DNA of 64,000 bases from Candidatus Thorarchaeota archaeon. Lineage in GTDB: Archaea > Asgardarchaeota > Thorarchaeia > Thorarchaeales > Thorarchaeaceae. Shown here piece after piece: positions 62,427 to 64,000 of this stretch. The position numbers were made by a program, and so were the translations under genes. The notes beneath the pieces were generated by a model. The model searched no databases. It worked only from the letters and a program-made list of their open reading frames with translations, and was not told the DNA's origin. The stretch's first letter is position 1. Every line of letters starts with the position of its first letter. The stretch covers positions 66,255 through 130,254 of the forward strand of contig RDNZ01000003.1 of the NCBI GenBank assembly GCA_011364905.1. The letters run 5' to 3'.

Positions 62427-62686
62427 TAAATCATTTCCAATAGGGGCTTTGAGCCAAATCAGCCGCCTAAACTAGGCTCGAACCAATACAGTCGGCTAAT
62501 AATCATTTTGTATATCTTCTCCATTTTTTCTATTTGCGAAATGAAATTCCTGGATGGAGTCAAGTGTAATCCAAGCTTCATAGTAGGATTTGATGATCTC
62601 GTTTGCATCTAATTGCTGAGAACAGGAACGGCTCACGCTTTTCCTACTTTTTGAAAAACGGTTCCGTATACTTGAACAGGTTTCAA

Positions 62687-63703
62687 TTATTTCCCTATTG
62701 TTGCTCCGCAATATGGGCATTCAATGGCAATTCCTTTCTTGATCTCTTTAACATTAACGACAGAAAGAGTACTTTTACACACTGGACAAAGCCATGTGCA
62801 TAATCTGTTTCTCAAATCCTCGATAGCCGGAAGAACTAGCGCTGAATCCTCTCCAGAAACACGAATGGTACAACTTGCCCCCTTCTTTCCTGCTTGACCT
62901 GATATATGTAATCGCACACCAACCCCTTTATCAGTGTACTTTCCCCTTGCCCATCCCTCAACATAAGCCATCACAGTATTATCGCTCTGACTAGTCTTTG
63001 ATGATACATCATGAAAATTCGCATCTTTAAGCACATACTGAGATTTTTCAAACATCTCTTCAGGTGTCCATTCATCGACCTCAACTGTTAGTTCCCCGGA
63101 GCGTAGATTTCGGACTTTCAGTCCAAATTCTTCAGGAGAGATTTCTTCAGGAATCAGAAGGTCACATACAGCTCTGATTACAAGCGGTTGTGTTGTTTGC
63201 GTGTGCGCCTCCCCTCTTGTATCAACATACGTGACGCCCGCAATAATATCTCCTTTCACGCAATCGAGAGTTGGAATGAAGTCAAAAGTGGGACTCCTAA
63301 AACCACCTGGTTCAATCTTTGCAAAGTATACATCATCATCATCTGCATCAAAATTCAAAGCATCTCTTGGGTACGACACTAGGTAGACTCTCACATCGGT
63401 AATCGTGTATTGTGATTCATTAACAACCTTGACTTTGAATCTGAATCGATTGCCTACAAACGTCCCTCCTCTTAGAACACGAATGTTTTCTTTATCTTGA
63501 TTAGTCTTTTTTTGTTTGACTTCTCGCTCTTTTTGAATCGCTGGCTGGCTTATTGGTTTTCTCTCTTTAATCGATTCCGTTGTTTCGGAATCTCGTGAAG
63601 CTTGAATTACCCACAGAATCACTCCAAAAAGAAAAAGGACGATACTAATCGCTGCAGCCCACTGTGTAATAGTATACTCCATTTGAGCTAGGAGAAAGAA
63701 CAT
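62687..63703 (-). CDS. N-terminally membrane-anchored protein with beta-sandwich-like region and C-terminal zinc ribbon
   Basis: TM (AAAISIVLFLFGVILWVI), Lys/Glu-rich linker, alternating beta pattern (RFRFKVKVVNESQYTITDVRVYLVSYP), C-terminal CPVC-x21-CPYC. GGAGGAG upstream of the ATG. Confidence 0.55.
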   Translation of the reverse strand: MFFLLAQMEYTITQWAAAISIVLFLFGVILWVIQASRDSETTESIKERKPISQPAIQKEREVKQKKTNQDKENIRVLRGGTFVGNRFRFKVKVVNESQYTITDVRVYLVSYPRDALNFDADDDDVYFAKIEPGGFRSPTFDFIPTLDCVKGDIIAGVTYVDTRGEAHTQTTQPLVIRAVCDLLIPEEISPEEFGLKVRNLRSGELTVEVDEWTPEEMFEKSQYVLKDANFHDVSSKTSQSDNTVMAYVEGWARGKYTDKGVGVRLHISGQAGKKGASCTIRVSGEDSALVLPAIEDLRNRLCTWLCPVCKSTLSVVNVKEIKKGIAIECPYCGATIGK

Positions 63704-64000
63704 TCAAGCAGCTCCTCCATATCCCATCGATTCCTTCATCCCCGACTTTGAGTCTACGAAGATAAGGTTTGAGTTTGCGTTTGTGGAAGTGCATTGGTTA
63801 GAGGTATGAAATCGTGTTTTTCTAAATATAGACTTGTGAATATGACTGAAATACCATCAGTACAGGGAAAATCTATGAACGCGTAAAAGAGCTCTGCATC
63901 CAGATTACCTTAAACATACTGAATTACTTATTCAGGAAACTAGATTGCTACTAGTTTGATTGCATACCACCTATCAGAATTGCTCAAGAGCTCCTTTTCT

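Noticed and set aside
62496-62720. 74-aa minus-strand ORF between the zinc-ribbon protein gene and sat
   Set aside because: It needs a start 34 nt inside the upstream gene. It has a basic Ser/Arg-rich N-terminal half and no recognisable motif, so coding status is undecidable from sequence alone.
1-64000. Search for CRISPR arrays, transposases/integrases, IS inverted repeats, tRNA/rRNA genes and long direct repeats
   Set aside because: None was recognised on either strand when reading the spacers and ORF translations. The only repeats seen are short promoter or terminator elements and protein-level paralogy (ABC ATPases, carbamoyltransferases, beta-grasp genes, macro genes).

Overview
Gene-dense chromosomal segment with about 65 protein-coding genes on both strands, short spacers and many 1-14 nt gene overlaps. 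I found no rRNA, tRNA, CRISPR array, transposase or integrase. All calls come from motif recognition by eye in the supplied ORF translations, plus my own reading of frames shorter than 60 codons; no database search was possible. The gene content points to an anaerobic archaeon, plausibly of the Asgard lineage (inference only). It includes a tungsten-type aldehyde:ferredoxin oxidoreductase, flavodiiron protein + rubrerythrin + rubredoxin, TRASH and DUF5658-like proteins, a membrane-anchored ABC binding protein, MoaD/SAMP-like beta-grasp genes, a Rab/Ras-like small GTPase and a longin/roadblock-like domain. Blocks: 0-5 kb: REC fragment, surface protein, NADH oxidase/CoADR-family enzyme, tandem macro genes with a divergent Nudix gene. 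6-10.8 kb: YgeW/AOTCase-like carbamoyltransferase and a penicillin-acylase-family Ntn hydrolase. 10.8-15.5 kb: sufS, AOR, two beta-grasp genes and an exported protein in one string. 15.7-21.6 kb: methyltransferase/TRASH genes, a radical SAM-ArsR-FeS module, fprA and rbr. 22-33 kb: a second carbamoyltransferase and a family-5 peptide/nickel-type ABC importer with an extra orphan ATPase. 33-42 kb: unknown membrane and soluble genes, DUF362, DinB, a 7TM + longin-like protein, a second orphan ATPase, an acyltransferase and a C45 Ntn hydrolase. 42-47 kb: DapA-family lyase, an amidohydrolase gene relic, a citrate-synthase-family gene, class I GAPDH, a 50-codon Cys-rich gene and an M20 peptidase. 47-58.6 kb: histidine kinase, rubredoxin (missed by the 60-aa ORF cutoff), thioredoxin-like gene, small GTPase, pmbA-tldD, M48 protease and an MFS transporter. 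58.7-63.7 kb: nucleotidyltransferase-like gene, a sat-cysC-sulfotransferase operon and a membrane-anchored zinc-ribbon protein. Best follow-up candidates: the AOR-linked tandem ubiquitin-like genes (one in precursor-like form), the macro/degenerate-macro/Nudix trio, the eukaryote-like GTPase and the membrane-anchored longin-like protein, the PAPS-sulfotransferase operon, and the pair of divergent orphan OppD-like ATPases.
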